Shown: positions 45,951-62,329, counted from the first letter of the stretch. The stretch is 64,000 nt of DNA from the human T2T-CHM13v2.0 reference genome, Homo sapiens (GCF_009914755.1 NC_060928.1); one strand, 5' to 3'. Program-made: numbers and translations. The notes: generated from the sequence alone by a model not told the origin.

Positions 45951-48900
45951 AATACATACTTTGGGTACTTTGATATTTTATCTACAGTATATAATAGATA
46001 CTTTGGGTACTTTGATATATTATGTACAGTATATAATACATAGTTTGGTTACTTTGATATTTTTTGTACAGTATGTAAAACATACTTTGGGGAGTTTGAT
46101 ATTTTATGAACAGTATATAATACACATTTTGGGTACTTTGATATTTTATGTACGGTATATAATACATACTTTGGGTACTTTGATATTTTATGTACAGTAT
46201 ATAATTCATACTTTGGGTACTTTGATATTTTATGTACAGTATATAATACATACATTGGGTACTTCGATATTTTATGTGCAGTACCCTATATATAGTACGG
46301 GTACTTTGATATTTTATGTCCAGTATAAAATAAATAGTTTTGGTACTTTGATATTTTATGTACAGTATATAGTTTGAGTACTTTGATATTTAATGTTCAG
46401 TTTATTATAAATGTTTGGGTGCTTTCATATTTTATATACAGTATATAATACATACTTTGGGCACTTTGAAATTTTCTGTACAGTATATAATACATACTTT
46501 GGGTACTTTGATATTTTATGTACGGTATATAATACATACATTGGGTACTTTGATATTTTATGTACAGTATATAATATATAGTTTGGTTACTTTGATATTT
46601 TATATACAGTATATAATATATATTATGTGTACTTTGATATATTATGTACAGTATATAATATATAGTATGGGTTGTTTGATATTTTATGTACAGTATATAA
46701 TATATAGTTTGGGTAGTATGATATTTTTAGTACAGTCTGTAATATATAGTTTGTTTTATTTGATATTTTATGTACAGTATACAATATATAGTATTGGTAC
46801 TTTGATATTTCATGTAAAGTATATAGTTTGAGTACTTTGATATTTTATATGCAGTTTATTATAAATGTTTGGGTACCTTCATATTTTATGTTCAGTATAT
46901 AATACATACTTTGGGAACTTTTATTTTATGTGCAGTATATAATACATACTTTGGGTACTTTGATATTTCATGTACAGTATATAATACACACTTTGGGTAC
47001 TTTGATATTTTATGTACAGTATATAATACACACTTTGGTTACTTTGATATTTTATGTACAGTATATAATACATACTTTGGGTGCTTTGATATATTATGTA
47101 CAGTATATAATACATACTTTGGGTACTTTGATATTTTATGTACAGTATGTAGTACACACTTTGGGTACTTTGATATTTTATGTACAGTATGTAAAACATA
47201 CTTTGGGTACTTTCATGTTTTATGTACAGTATATAATATATAGTTTGGGTACTTTGATATTTTATGTACGGTATATAATACATACTTTGGGTACTTTGAT
47301 ATTTTATGTACAGTATATAATACATACTTTGGGTACTTTGATATTTTATGTACAGTATACAATATATAGTTTGAGTACTTTGATATTTTATGTACTGTAT
47401 AAAATATATAGTTTTCGTACTTTGATATTTTATGTACAGTATATAGTTTGAGTACTTTGATATTTTATGTACAGTTTTTTATAAATGTTTGGGTACTTTC
47501 ATATTTTATGTACAGTATATAATACATACAAAGGGCACTTTGATATTTTATGTACAGTATATAATACATACTTTGGGTACTCTGATATTTTATGTACAGT
47601 GTATAATACATACTTTGGGTACTTTGATATTTTATGTACAATATATAATACATACGTTGGGAACTTTGATATATTATGTACAGTATATAATACATACTTT
47701 GGGTACTTTGATATTTTATCTACAGTATACAACACATAGTTTGTGTACTTTGATATTTTATGTACAGTATATAATACATACTTTGGGTACTTTGATATTT
47801 TATGTACAGTATATAATACATACTTTGGGTACTTTCATATTTTATGTACAGTATATAATATATAGTTTGGGTACTTTGATATTTTATCTACAGCTTATAA
47901 TACATACTTTGGATACTTTGATATTTTATGTACAGTATATAATACATACTTTGGGTACTTTCATGTTTTATGTACAGTATATAATATATAGTTTGGATAC
48001 TTTGATATTTTACCTACAGCTTATAATACTTACTTTGGGTAATTTGATATTTTATGTACAGTAGATAATACATACTTTGGGTAGTTTGATATTTTATGTA
48101 CAGTATACAATATATAGTTTGAGTACTTTGATATTTTATGTGCTGTATAAAATATATTGTGTTGGTACTTTGATGTTTTATGTACAGTATATATTTTGAG
48201 TTCTTTGATATTTTGTGTACAGTTTATTATAAATGTTTGGGTACTTTCATATTTGATGTATAGTATATAATACATAGTTTGTGTACTTTGATATTTTATG
48301 TACAGTATGTAAAACATACTTTGGGGAGTTTGATATTTTATGAACAGTATATAATACACATTTTGGGTACTTTGATATTTTATGTCCAGTATAAAATAAA
48401 TAGTTTTGGTACTTTGATATTTTATGTACAGTATATAGTTTGAGTACTTTGATATGTAATGTACAGTTTATTGTAAATGTTTGGGTGTTTTCATATTTTA
48501 TATACAGTATATAATACATACTTTGGGCACTTTGATATTTTCTGTACAGTATATAATACATACTTTGGGTACTTTGATATTTTATGTACGGTATATAATA
48601 CATACATTGGGTACTTTGATATTTTTTGTACAGTATATAATATATAGTTTGGGTACTTTGATATTTTATATACAGTATATAATATATATTATGTGTACTT
48701 TGATATATTATGTACAGTATATAATATATAGTATGGGTTGTTTGATATTTTATGTACAGTATATAATATATAGTGTGAGTACTTTGATATTTTAAGTACA
48801 GTATGTAATATATAGTTTGTGTTATTTGATATTTTATGTACAGTATACAATATATAGTATTGGTACTTTGAAATTTCATGTAAAGTATATAGTTTGAGTA

Positions 48901-49009
48901 CTTTGATATTTTATATACAGTTTATTATAAATGTTTGGGTACCTTCATATTTTATGTACAGTATATAATACATACTTTGGGAACTTTTATTTTATGTGCA
49001 GTATATAAT

Positions 49010-49810
49010 ACATACTTTGGGTACTTTGATATTTTATGTACAGTATATAATACACACTTTGGGTACTTTGATATTTTATGTACAGTATATAATACACACT
49101 TTGGGTAGTTTGATATTTTATGTACAGTATATAATACATACTTTGGGTACTTTGATGTATTATGTACAGTATATAATACATACTTCGGGTACTTTGATAT
49201 TTTATGTACAGTATATAATACATACTTTGGGTACTTTGATATTTTATGTACAGTATGTAATACATAATTTGGGTACTTTAATATTTTATGTATAGTATAT
49301 AATACATACTTTGGGTACTTTGATATTTTATGAACAGTGTATAATACATACTTTGGGTACTTTGATATTTTATGTACAGTATATAACATATAGTTTGGGC
49401 ACTTTGATATTTTATATACAGTATATAATACATACTTTGGGTACTTTGATATTTTATGTACAGTATATAATACACACTTTGGGTACTTTGATATTTTATG
49501 TACAGTATATAATACACACTTTGGGTAGTTTGATATTTTATGTACAATATATAATACATACTTTGGGTACTTTGATGTATTATGTACAGTATATAATACA
49601 TACTTTGGGTACTTTGATATTTTATGTACAGTATATAATACATACTTTGGGTACTTTGATATTTTATGTACAGTATGTAATACATACTTTGGGTACTTTG
49701 ATATTTTATGAACAGTGTATAATACATACTTTGGGTACTTTGATATTTTATGTACAGTATATAACATATAGTTTGGGCACTGTGATATTTTATATACAGT
49801 ATATAATACA
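49010..49810 (+). repeat. Short tandem duplication of 9-10 monomers (offset 420, then 378)
   Basis: The cacact...gggtagtt...gatgtatt series occurs at about 49051 and 49471. gaacagtgt occurs at 49332 and 49710. Confidence 0.8.
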
Positions 49811-52800
49811 TACTTTGGGTACTTTGATATTTTATGTACACTATATAATACATACTTTGGGTACTTTGATATTTTATGCACAGTATACAATATATAGTTT
49901 GAGTACTTTGATATTTTATGTACTGTATAAAATATATAGTTTTGGTACTTTGATATTTTATGTACAGTATATAGTTTGAGTACTTTGATATTTTATGTAC
50001 AGTTTGTTATAAATGTTTGGGTGCTTTCATATTTTATGTACAGTATATAATACATACTTTGGGCACTTTGATATCTTATGTACAGTATATAATACATACA
50101 TTGGCTACTCTGATATTTTATGTACAGTGTATAATACATACTTTGGGTACTTTGATATTTTATGTACAGTATATAATACATACGTTGGGAACTTTGATAT
50201 ATTATGTACAGTATATAATACATACTTTGCGTACTTTGATATTTTATCTACAGTATACAACACATAGTTTGTGTACCTTGATATTTTATGTACAGTATAT
50301 AATACATACATTGGGTACTTTGATATTTTATGTACAGTATATAATACATGCTTTGGGTACTTTCATATTTTATGTACAGTATATAATATATAGTTTGGGT
50401 ACTTTGATATTTTATCTACAGCTTATAATACATACTTTGGATACTTTGATATTTTATGTACAGTATATAATACATACTTTTGGTACTTTCATGTTTTATG
50501 TAGAGTATATAATATATAGTTTGGGTACTTTGATATTTTATCTACAGCTTATAATACTTACTTTGGGTAATTTGATATTTTATGTACATTATATAATACA
50601 TACTTTGGGTAGTTTGATATTTTATATACAGTATACAATATATAGTTTGAGTACTTTGATATTTTATGTGCTGTATAAAATATATAGTGTTGGTACTTTG
50701 ATGTTTTATGTACAGTATATATTTTGAGTACTTTGATATTTTGTGTACAGTTTATTATAAATGTTTGGGTACTTTCATATTTGATGTACAGTATACAATA
50801 GATAATTTGGGCACTTTGATATTTTATGTACAGTATATAATACATACTTTGGGTACTTTGATATTTTATGTACAGTATATAATACATACTTTGGGTACTT
50901 TGATATTTTATCTACAGTGTATAATATATATTTTGGGTACTTTGATATATTATGTACAGTATATAATACATACTTTGGGTACTTTGATATTTTATGTACA
51001 GTATATAATACATACTTTCGGTACTTTGATATTTTATGTACAGTATATAATATATAGTTTGGGTACTTTGATATTTTATGTACAGTATATAATACATACT
51101 TTGGGTACTTTGATATTTTATGTACAGTATATAATACTTACTTTGGGTACTTTGATATTTTATGTACAGTATATAATATATAGGTTGGGTACTTTGATAA
51201 TTTATGTACAGTGTATAACACATACTTTGGGTACTTTGATATTTTATGTACAGTATATAATACATACTTTGGGTACTTTGATATTTTATGTACAGTATAC
51301 AATATATACTTTGACTACTTTGATATTTTATGTCCAGTATAGAATATATAGTTTTGGTAGTTTGATATTTTATGTAGAGTATATAGTTTGAGTACTTTCA
51401 CATTTTATGTACAGTTTATTATAAACGTTTGGGTGTTTTCATATTTTATGTACTGTATATAATACATACTTTGGGCACATTGATATTTTATGTACAGTAT
51501 ATAATACATACTTTGGGTACTCTGATATTTTATGTACAGTATATAATACATAATTTGGGTAGTTTGATATTTTATGTACAGTATATAATACATACTTTGA
51601 GTGCTTTGATATATTATGTACAGTATATAATACATACTTTGGGTACTTTGATATTTTATGTACAGTATACAATATATACTTTGACTACTTTGATATTTTA
51701 TGTCCAATATAGAATACATAGTTTTGGTAGTTTGAAATTTTATGTACAGTATATAGTTTGAGTACATTGATATTTTATGTACACTTTAGTATAAATGTTT
51801 GGATACTTTCATATTTTATGTACAGTATATAATACATACTTTGGGCACTTTGATATTTTATGTACAGTATACAATACATACTTTGGGTACTTTGATATTT
51901 TATGTACAGTATATAATACATAATTTGGGTACTTTGATATTTTATGTACAGTATATAATGCATACTTTGGGTACTTTGATGTTTTATGTACAGTATATAA
52001 TACATACTTAGGGTACTTTGACATTTTATGTGCAGTATATAATACATACTTTGGATACTTTGTTATTTTAAGTACAGTATGTAATACATACTTTGGGTAC
52101 TTTGATATTTTATGTACAGTATATAATACATACTTTGGTACTTTTATATTTCATGTACAGTATATAATATATAGTTTGGGTACTTTGATATTTTATGTGC
52201 AGTATATAATACATACTTTGGGTACTTTGATATTTTATGTACGGTATATAATACATACTTTGGGTACTTTGATATATTATGTACAGTATATAATACATAC
52301 TTTGGGTACTTTGATATATTATGTACAGTATATAATACATACTTAGGGTACTTTGACATTTTATGTACAGTACTTAATACATACTTTGGGTACTTTGATA
52401 TTTTATGTACAGTATATAATACATACTTTGGGTACTTTGATATTTTATGTACAATATATAATACATACGTTGGGTACTTTGATATTTTATGTACAGTATA
52501 TAATACATATTTTGGGTAGTTTTATATTTTATGTACAGTATATAATATATAGTTTGAGTCCTTTTTTTTATGTACTGTATAAAATATATAGTTTTGATAC
52601 TTTGATATTTTATGTACAGTATATAGTTTGAATACTTTGATATTTTATGTACAGTTTTTTATAAATGTTTGGGTGCTTTCATATTTTATGTACAGTATAT
52701 AATACATACAAAGGGCACTTTGATATTTTATGTACAGTATATAATACATACTTTGGGTACTCTGATATTTTATGTACAGTGTATAATACATACTTTGGGT

Positions 52801-55800
52801 ACTTTGATATTTTATGTACAATATATAATACATACTTTGGGAACTTTGATATATTACATACAGTATATAATACATACTTTGGGTACTTTGATATTTTATC
52901 TACAGTATACAACACATAGTTTGTGTACTTTGATATTTTATGTACAGTATATAATACATACTTTGGGTACTTTGATATTGTATGTACAGTATATAATACA
53001 TAGTTTGGGTACTTTCATATTTTTTGTACAGTATATAATATATAGTTTGTGTGCTTTCATATTTTATGTACAATATATAATACATACTAAGGACACTTTG
53101 ATATTTTATGTACAGTGTATAATACATACTTTGGGTAATTTGATATTTTATGTACGTCATATAATATATAGTTTGTGTACTTTGATATTTTATGTACAGT
53201 ATATAATACATACCTTGGGTACTTTGATATTTTATGTACAGTATATAATATATAGTTTGTGTATTTTGATATTTTATGTACAGTATATAATACATACTTT
53301 GTGTACTTTGATATTTTATGTACAGTATATAATACATACTTTGGCAACTTTGATATTTTATGTACAGTATGTAAAACATATTTTTGGTACTTTGATATTT
53401 TATGTACAGTATATAATACATACTATTGGTACTTTGATATTTTATGTACAGTATACAATGTATAGTTTGAGTACTTTGATATTTTGTGTAAAGTATAAAA
53501 TATATAGATTTCGTACTTTGATATTTTATGTACAGAATATAGTTTGAGTACTTTGATATTTTTTGTACACTTTATTATAAAAGTTTGGGTACTTTCATAT
53601 TTTACGTACAGTATATAATACATACTTTGGGCACTTTGATGTTTTATGTACAGTATGTAATACATACTTTGGGTTCTTTTATATTTTATGTACAGCATAT
53701 AATACATAATTTGGGGACTTTTATATTTTATGTACATTATATAATACATACTTTGGGTACTTTTATATTTTATGTACGGTATATAATACATACTTTGCGT
53801 ACTTTGATATATTATGTACAGTATATAATACATACTTTCGGTACTTTGATATATTATGTACAGTATATAATACATACTTAGGGTACTTTGACATTTTACG
53901 TACAGTATATAATACATACTTTGGGTACTTTGATATTTTATGAGCAGTATATAATACATACTTTGGGTACTTTGATATTTTATGTACTGTATATAATACA
54001 TACTTTGGGTACTTTTATATTTTATGTACAGTATATAATATATAGTTTGGGTACTTTGATATTTTATGTACTGTATATAATACATATTTTGGGTACTTTG
54101 ATATTTTATGTACAGTATATAATACATACTTTGGGTACTTTGATATTGTATGAACAGTATACAATATATAGTTTCAGTACTTTGATATTTTATGTTCTGT
54201 ATAAAATATATAGTTTTGGTACTTTGATATTTTATGTACAGTATATAGTTTGAGTACTTTGATATTTTATGTACAGTTTTTTATAAATGTTTGGGTGCTT
54301 TCATATTTTATGTACAGTATATAATACATACAAAGGGCACTTTGATATTTTATGTACAGTATATAATACATACATTGGGTACTCTGATATTTTATGTACA
54401 GTGTATAATACATACTATGGGTACTTTGATATTTTATGTACAGTATATAATACATATGTTGGGAACTTTGATATATTATGTACAGTATATAATACATACT
54501 TTGGGTACTTTGATATTTTATGTACAATATATAATACATACTTTGGGTACTTTCATATTTTATGTACAGTATATAATATATAGTTTGGGTACTTTGATAT
54601 TTTATCTACAGCTTATAATACATACTTTGGGTACTTTGATATTTTATGTACAGTATATAATACATACTTTGGGTACTTTGATATTTTATGTACAGTATAC
54701 AATATATAGTTTGAGTACTTTGATATTTTATGTGCAGTATAAAATATATAGTTTTGGGACTTTGATATTTTATGTACAGTATATAGTTTGAGTACTTTGA
54801 TATTTTATGTACAATTTTTTATAAATGTTTGGGTGCTTTCATATTTTATGTACAGTATATAATACATACTAAGGGCACTTTGATATTTTATGTACAGTAT
54901 ATAATACATACTATGGGTATTTTGATATTTTATGTACGTCATATAATATATAGTTTGGGTACTTTGATATTTTATGTACAGTATATAATACATACCTTGG
55001 GTACTTTGATATTTTATTTACAGTATATAATATATAGTTTGGGTATTTTGATATTTTATGTACAGTATATAATACATACTTTGGGTACTTTGATATTTTA
55101 TGTACAGTATATAATACATACTTTGGGAACTTTGATATTTTATGTACAGTATGTAAAACATACTTTGGGTACTTTGATATTTTATGTACAGTATATAATA
55201 CATACTATTGGTACTTTGATATTTTATGTACAGTATACAATATATAATTTGGGTAGTTTGATATTTTATGTACGGTATATAATACATACCTTGGGTACTT
55301 TGATATTTTATGTACAGTATACAATATATAGTATGAGTACTTTGATATTTTATGTGGAGTATAAAATATATAGTTTTGGTACTTTCATATTTTATATACA
55401 GTATATAGTTTGAGTACTTTGATATTTTATGTACAGTTTTTTATAATGTTTGGATGCTTTCATATTTTATGTACAGTATATAATACATACTAAGGGCACT
55501 TTGATATTTTATGTACAGTATATAATACATACTTTGGGTACTTTGATATTTTATGTACGTCATATAATATATAGTTTGGGTACTTTGATATTTTATGTAC
55601 AGTATATAATGCATACTTTGGATACTTTGATATTTTATGTACAGTATATAATACATACTTTGGGTACTTTGATATTTTATGGACAGTGTAGAATACATAC
55701 TTTGTGTACTTTGATATTTTATGTACAATATATAAAATATAGTTTGGGTACATTGATATTTTATATACAGTATATAATACATACTTTGGGTACTTTGATA

Positions 55801-57309
55801 TTTTGTGTACAGTATATAATACATACTTTGGGTACTTTGATATTTTATGCACAGTATACAATATATAGTTTGAGTACTTTGATATTTTATGTACTGTATA
55901 AAATATATACTTTTGGTACTTTGATATTTTATGTACAGTATATAGTTTGAGTACTTTGATATTTTATGTACAGTTTGTTAAAAATGTTTGGGTGCTTTCA
56001 TATTTTATGTACAGTATATAATACATACTTTGGTCACTTTGATATCTTATGTACAGTATATAATACATACTTTGGATACTCTGATATTTTATATACAGGG
56101 TATAATACATAATTTGTGTACTTTGATATTTTATGTACAGTATATAATACATACGTTAGGTACTTTGATATATTATGTACAGTATATAATACATACTTTG
56201 GGTACTTTGATATTTTATGTACAGTATATATTCCATAGTTTGTGTACTTTGATATTTTATGTACAGTATATAATACATACTTTGGGTACTTTGTTATTTT
56301 ATGTACAGTATAGAATATATAGTTTGAGTACTTTGTTATTTTATGTCCAGTATAAAATATATAGTTTTCGTAATTGATATTTTATGTACAGAATATAGTT
56401 TGAGTACTTTGATATTTTATGTACACTTTATTATAAATGTTTGGGTACTTTCATATTTTATGTACAGTATATAATACATACTTTGGTCTCTTTGATGTTT
56501 TATGTACAGTATATAATACATACTTTGGGTTCTTTGATATTTTATGAACAGAATATAATGCATAGTTTTAGGTACTTTTATATTTTATGTACAGTATATA
56601 ATACATACTTTGGGTACTTTGATATTTTATGTACAGTATATAATACATACTTTGGGAACTTTGATATTTTATGTACAGTATGTAATACATACTTTGGGTA
56701 CTTTGATATTTTATGTACAGTATATAATACATACTATTGGTACTTTTATATTTTATGTACAGTATACAATATATAGTTTGAGTACTTTGATATTTTATAT
56801 CCAGTATAAAATATATAGATTTCATACTTTGATATTTTATGTACTGAATGTAGTTTGAGTACTTTGATATTTTATGTACACTTTATTATAAAAGTTTGGG
56901 TACTTTCATATTTTACGTACAGTATATAATACATACTTTGGGCACTTTGATATTTTATGTACAGTATATAATACATACTTTGGGTTCTTTGATATTTTAT
57001 GTACAGCATATAATACATAATTTGGGGACTTTTATATTTTATGTACATTATATTATACATACTTTGGGTACTTTTATATTTTATGTACGGTATATAATAC
57101 ATACTTTGGGTACTTTGATATATTATGTACCGTATATAATACATACTTTGGGTACTTTGATATATTATGTACAGTATATAATACATACTAAGGGTACTTT
57201 GACATTTTATGTACAGTACATAATACTTACTTTGGGTACTTTGATATATTATATACAGTATATAATGCATACTTTGGATACTTTGATATTTTATGTATAG
57301 TATATAATA

Positions 57310-59790
57310 CATACTTTGGGTACTTTGATATTTTATGTACAGTATGTAATACATAATTTGGGTAATTTAATATTTTATGTATAGTATATAATACATACTT
57401 TGGGTACTTTGATATTTTATGGACAGTGTATAATACATACTTTGGGTACTTTGATATTTTATGTACAGTGTATAATATATAGTTTGGGTACTTTGATATT
57501 TTATATACAGTATATAATACATACTTTGGGTACTTTGATATTTTATGTACAGTATATAATATATAGTTTGGGTACTTTGATATTTTATGTACGGTATATA
57601 ATACATACTTTGGGTACTTTGATATTTTATTTACAGTATATAATACATGCTTTGGGTACTTTGATATTTTATGTACAGTATATAATACATACTTTGGGTA
57701 CTTTGATATTTTATGTACAGTATACAATATACAGTTTGAGTACTTTGATATTTTATGTGCACTATAAAATATATAGTGTTGGTAGTTTGATATTTTATGT
57801 ACAGTATATATTTTGAGTACTTTGATATTTTATGTACAGTTTATTATAAATGTTTGGGTACTTTCATATTTGATGTACAGTATATAATACATAATTTGGG
57901 CACTTTGATATTTTATGTACAGTATATAATACATACTTTGGGTACCTTTATATTTTATGTACAGTATATAATACATACTTTGGGTACTTTGATATTTAAT
58001 GTACAGTATATAATACACACTTTGAGTACTTTGATATTTTATGTAACGTATGTAATACATATTTTGGGTAGTTTGATATTTTATGTACAGTATGTAGTAC
58101 ACACTTTGGGTACTTTGATATTTTATGTACAGTATGTAAAACATACTTTGGGTACTTTGATATTTTATGTACAGTATGCAATATATAGTTTGAGTACTTT
58201 GATATTTTATGTACAGTTTATTATAAATGTTTGGGTAGTTTCATATTTGATGTACTGTATATAATACATAATTTGGGCACTTTGATATTTTATGTACAGT
58301 ATATAATACATACTTTGGGTACTTTTATATTTTATGTACAATATATAATACATACTTTGGGTACTTTGATATTTAATGTACAGTATATAATGCACACTTT
58401 GCGTACTGTGATATTTTATGTAAAGTATGTAATACATACTGTGGGTAGTTTGATATTTTATGTACAGTATGTAATACACACTTTGGGTACTTTGATATTT
58501 TATGTATAGTATATAATACATACTTTGGGTAATTTGATATTTTATGTACAGTATGTAATACATAATTTGGGTAATTTAATATTTTATGTATAGTATATAA
58601 TACATACTTTGGGTACTTTGATATTTTATGGACAGTGTATAATACATACTTTGGGTACTTTGATATTTTATGTACAGTGTATAACATATAGTTTGGGTAC
58701 TTTGATATTTTATATACAGTATATAATACTTACTTTGGGTACTTTGATATTTTATATACAGTATATAATATATAGTTTGGGTACTTTGATATTTTATGTA
58801 CGGTATATAATACATACTTTGGGTACTTTGATATTTTATGTACAGTATATAATACATACTTTGGGTACTTTGATATTTTATGTACAGTATACACTATATA
58901 GTTTGAGTACTTTGATATTTTATGTGCAGTATAAAATATATAGTGTTGGTAGTTTGATGTTTTATGTACAGTATATATTTTGAGTACTTTGATATTTTAT
59001 GTACAGTTTATTATAAATGTTTGGGTACTTTCATATTTGATGTACAGTATATAATACATAATTTGGGCACTTTGATATTTTATGTACAGTATATAATACA
59101 TACTTTGGGTACTTTTATATTTTATGTACAGTATATAATACATACTTTGGGTACTTTGATATTTAATGTACAGTATATAATACACACTTTGCGTACTTTG
59201 ATATTTTATGTAACGTATGTAATACATACTTTGGGTAGTTTGATATTTTATGTACAGTATGTAGTACACACTTTGGGTACTTTGATATTTTATGTACAGT
59301 ATGTAAAACATACTTTGGGTACTTTGATATTTTATGTACAGTATATAATATATAGTTTGGGTACTTTGATATTTTATATACAGTATATAATACATACTTT
59401 TGGTACTTTGATATTTTATGTACAGTATATAATACATACTTTGGGTACTTTGATATTTTATGTACAGTATGCAATATATAGTTTGAGTACTTTGATATTT
59501 TATGTACAGTTTATTATAAATGTTTGGGTAGTTTCATATTTGACGTACAGTATATAATACATAATTTGGGCACTTTGATATTTTATGTACAGTATATAAT
59601 ACATACTTTGGGTAATTTTATATTTTATGTACAGTATATATTACATACTTTGGGTACTTTGATATTTAATGTACAGTACATAATGCACACTTTGCGTACT
59701 GTGATATTTTATGTAAAGTATGTAATACATACTGTGGGTAGTTTGATATTTTATGTACAGTATGTAATACACACTTTGGGTACTTTGATA
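57310..59790 (+). repeat. Tandem duplication of about 1.2 kb with monomer-count differences
   Basis: Offsets are 1209 (57400/58609), 1167 (57797/58964) and 1293 (58231/59524); they differ by multiples of 42. Confidence 0.82.
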
Positions 59791-62329
59791 TTTTATGTAC
59801 TGTATGTAAAACATACATTGGGTAGTTTGATATTTTATGATGAGTATATAATACACATTTTGGGTACTTTGATATTTTATGTACAGTGTATAATACATAC
59901 TTTGGGTACTTTGATATTTTATGTACAGGATATAATGCCTATTTTGGGTACTTTGATAGTTTATGTACAGTATATAATACATACTTTGGGTACTTTGATA
60001 TTTTATGTATAGTATAAAATATATAGTTCGGGTAGTTTGATATTTTATGTACAGTATGTAAAACATACTTTGGGGAGTTTGATATTTTATGAACAGTATA
60101 TAATACACATTTTGTGTACTTTGATATTTTATGTACAGTATATAATAGATACTTTGGGTACTTTGATATTTTATGTACAGTATATATTACATACTTTGGG
60201 TACTTTGATATTTTATGTACAGTATACAATATATAGTTTGAGTACTTTGATATTTTATGTACTGTATAAAATATATAGTTTTGGTAGTTTGATGTTTTAT
60301 GTACAGTATATATTTTGAGTACTTTGATATTTTATGTACAGTTTATTATAAATGTTTCGGTACTTTCATATTTTACGTACAGTATATAATACATACTTTG
60401 GGCACTTTGATGTTTTATGTACAGTATATAATACATACTTTGGGTTCTTTCATATTTTATGTACACCATATAATACATAATTTGGGGACTTTTATATTTT
60501 ATGTACATTATATTGTACATACTTTGGGTACTTTTATTTTTTATGTACGGTATATAATACATACTTTGGGTACTTTGATATATTATGTACAGTATATAAT
60601 ACATACTTTGGGTACTTTGATATATTATGTACAGTATATAATACATACTAAGGGTACTTTGACATTTTATGTACAGTACATAATACATACTTTGGGTACT
60701 TTGATATTTTATGTACAGTATATAATGCATACTTTGGATACTTTTATATTTTATGTACAGTATATAATACATAGTTTGGGTACTTTGATATTTTATGTAC
60801 AGTATGTAATACATAATTTGGGTACTTTAATATTTTATGTATAGTATATAATACATACTTTGGGTACTTTGATATTTTATGGACAGTGTATAATACATAC
60901 TTTGGGTACTTTGATATTTTGTGTACAGTATATAATATATAGTTTGGGTACTTTGACATTTTATATACAGTATATAATACATACTTTGGGTACTTTGATA
61001 TTTTGTGTACAGTATATAATACATACTTTTGGTACTTTGATATTTTATGCACAGTATACAATATATAGTTTGAGTACTTTGATATTTTATGTACTGTATA
61101 AAATATATAGTTTTGGTACTTTGATATTTTATGTACAGTATATAGTTTGAGTACTTTGATATTTTATGTACAGTTTGTTAAAAATGTTTGGGTGCTTTCA
61201 TATTTTATGTACAGTATATAATACATACTTTGGGCACTTTGATATGTTATGTACAGTATATAATACATATTTTGGGTACTCTGACATTTTATGTACAGTG
61301 TATAATACATAATTTGTGTACTTTGATATTTTATGTACAGTATATAATACATACGTTGGGTACTTTGATATATTATGTACAGTATATAATACATACTTTG
61401 GGTACTTTGATATTTTATGTACAGTATATAATCCATAGTTTGTGTACTTTGATATTTTATGTACAGTATATAATACATACTTTGGGTACTTTGATATTTT
61501 ATGTACAGTATATAATACATACTTTGGGTACTTTCATGTTTTATGTACAGTATATAATATATAGTTTGGGTACTTTGATATTTTATGTACGGTATATAAT
61601 ACATACTTTGGGTACTTTGATATTTTATGTACAGTATATAATACATAATTTGGGTACTTTGATATTTTATGTACAGTATACAATATATAGTTTGAGTACT
61701 TTGATATTTTATGTGCAGTATAAAATATATAGTGTTGGTAGTTTGATGTTTTATGTACAGTATATATTTTGAGTACTTTGATATTTTATGTACGGTATAT
61801 AATACATACTTTGGGAACTTTGATATTTTATGTACAGTATGTAAAACATACTTTGGGTACTTTGATATTTTATGTACAGGATATAATGCATACTTTGGGT
61901 ACTTTGATAGTTTATGTACAGTATATAATACATACTTTGGGTACTTTGATATTTTATGTATAGTATAAAATATATAGTTTGGGTACTTTGATATTTTATG
62001 TACAGTATGTAAAAGATACTTTGGGGAGTTTGATATTATATGTACAGTATGTAAAACATACTTTGGGGAGTTTGATATTTTATGAACAGTATATAATACA
62101 CATTTTGTGTACTTTGATATTTTATGTACAGTATATAATACAAACTTTGGGTTCTTTGATATTTTATGTACAGAATATAATGCATAGTTTTAGGTACTTT
62201 TATATTTTATGTACAGTATATAATACATATTTTGGGTACTTTGATATTTTATGTACAGTATATAATACATACTTTGGGAACTTTGATATTTTATGTACAG
62301 TATGTAATACATACTTTGGGTACTTTGAT

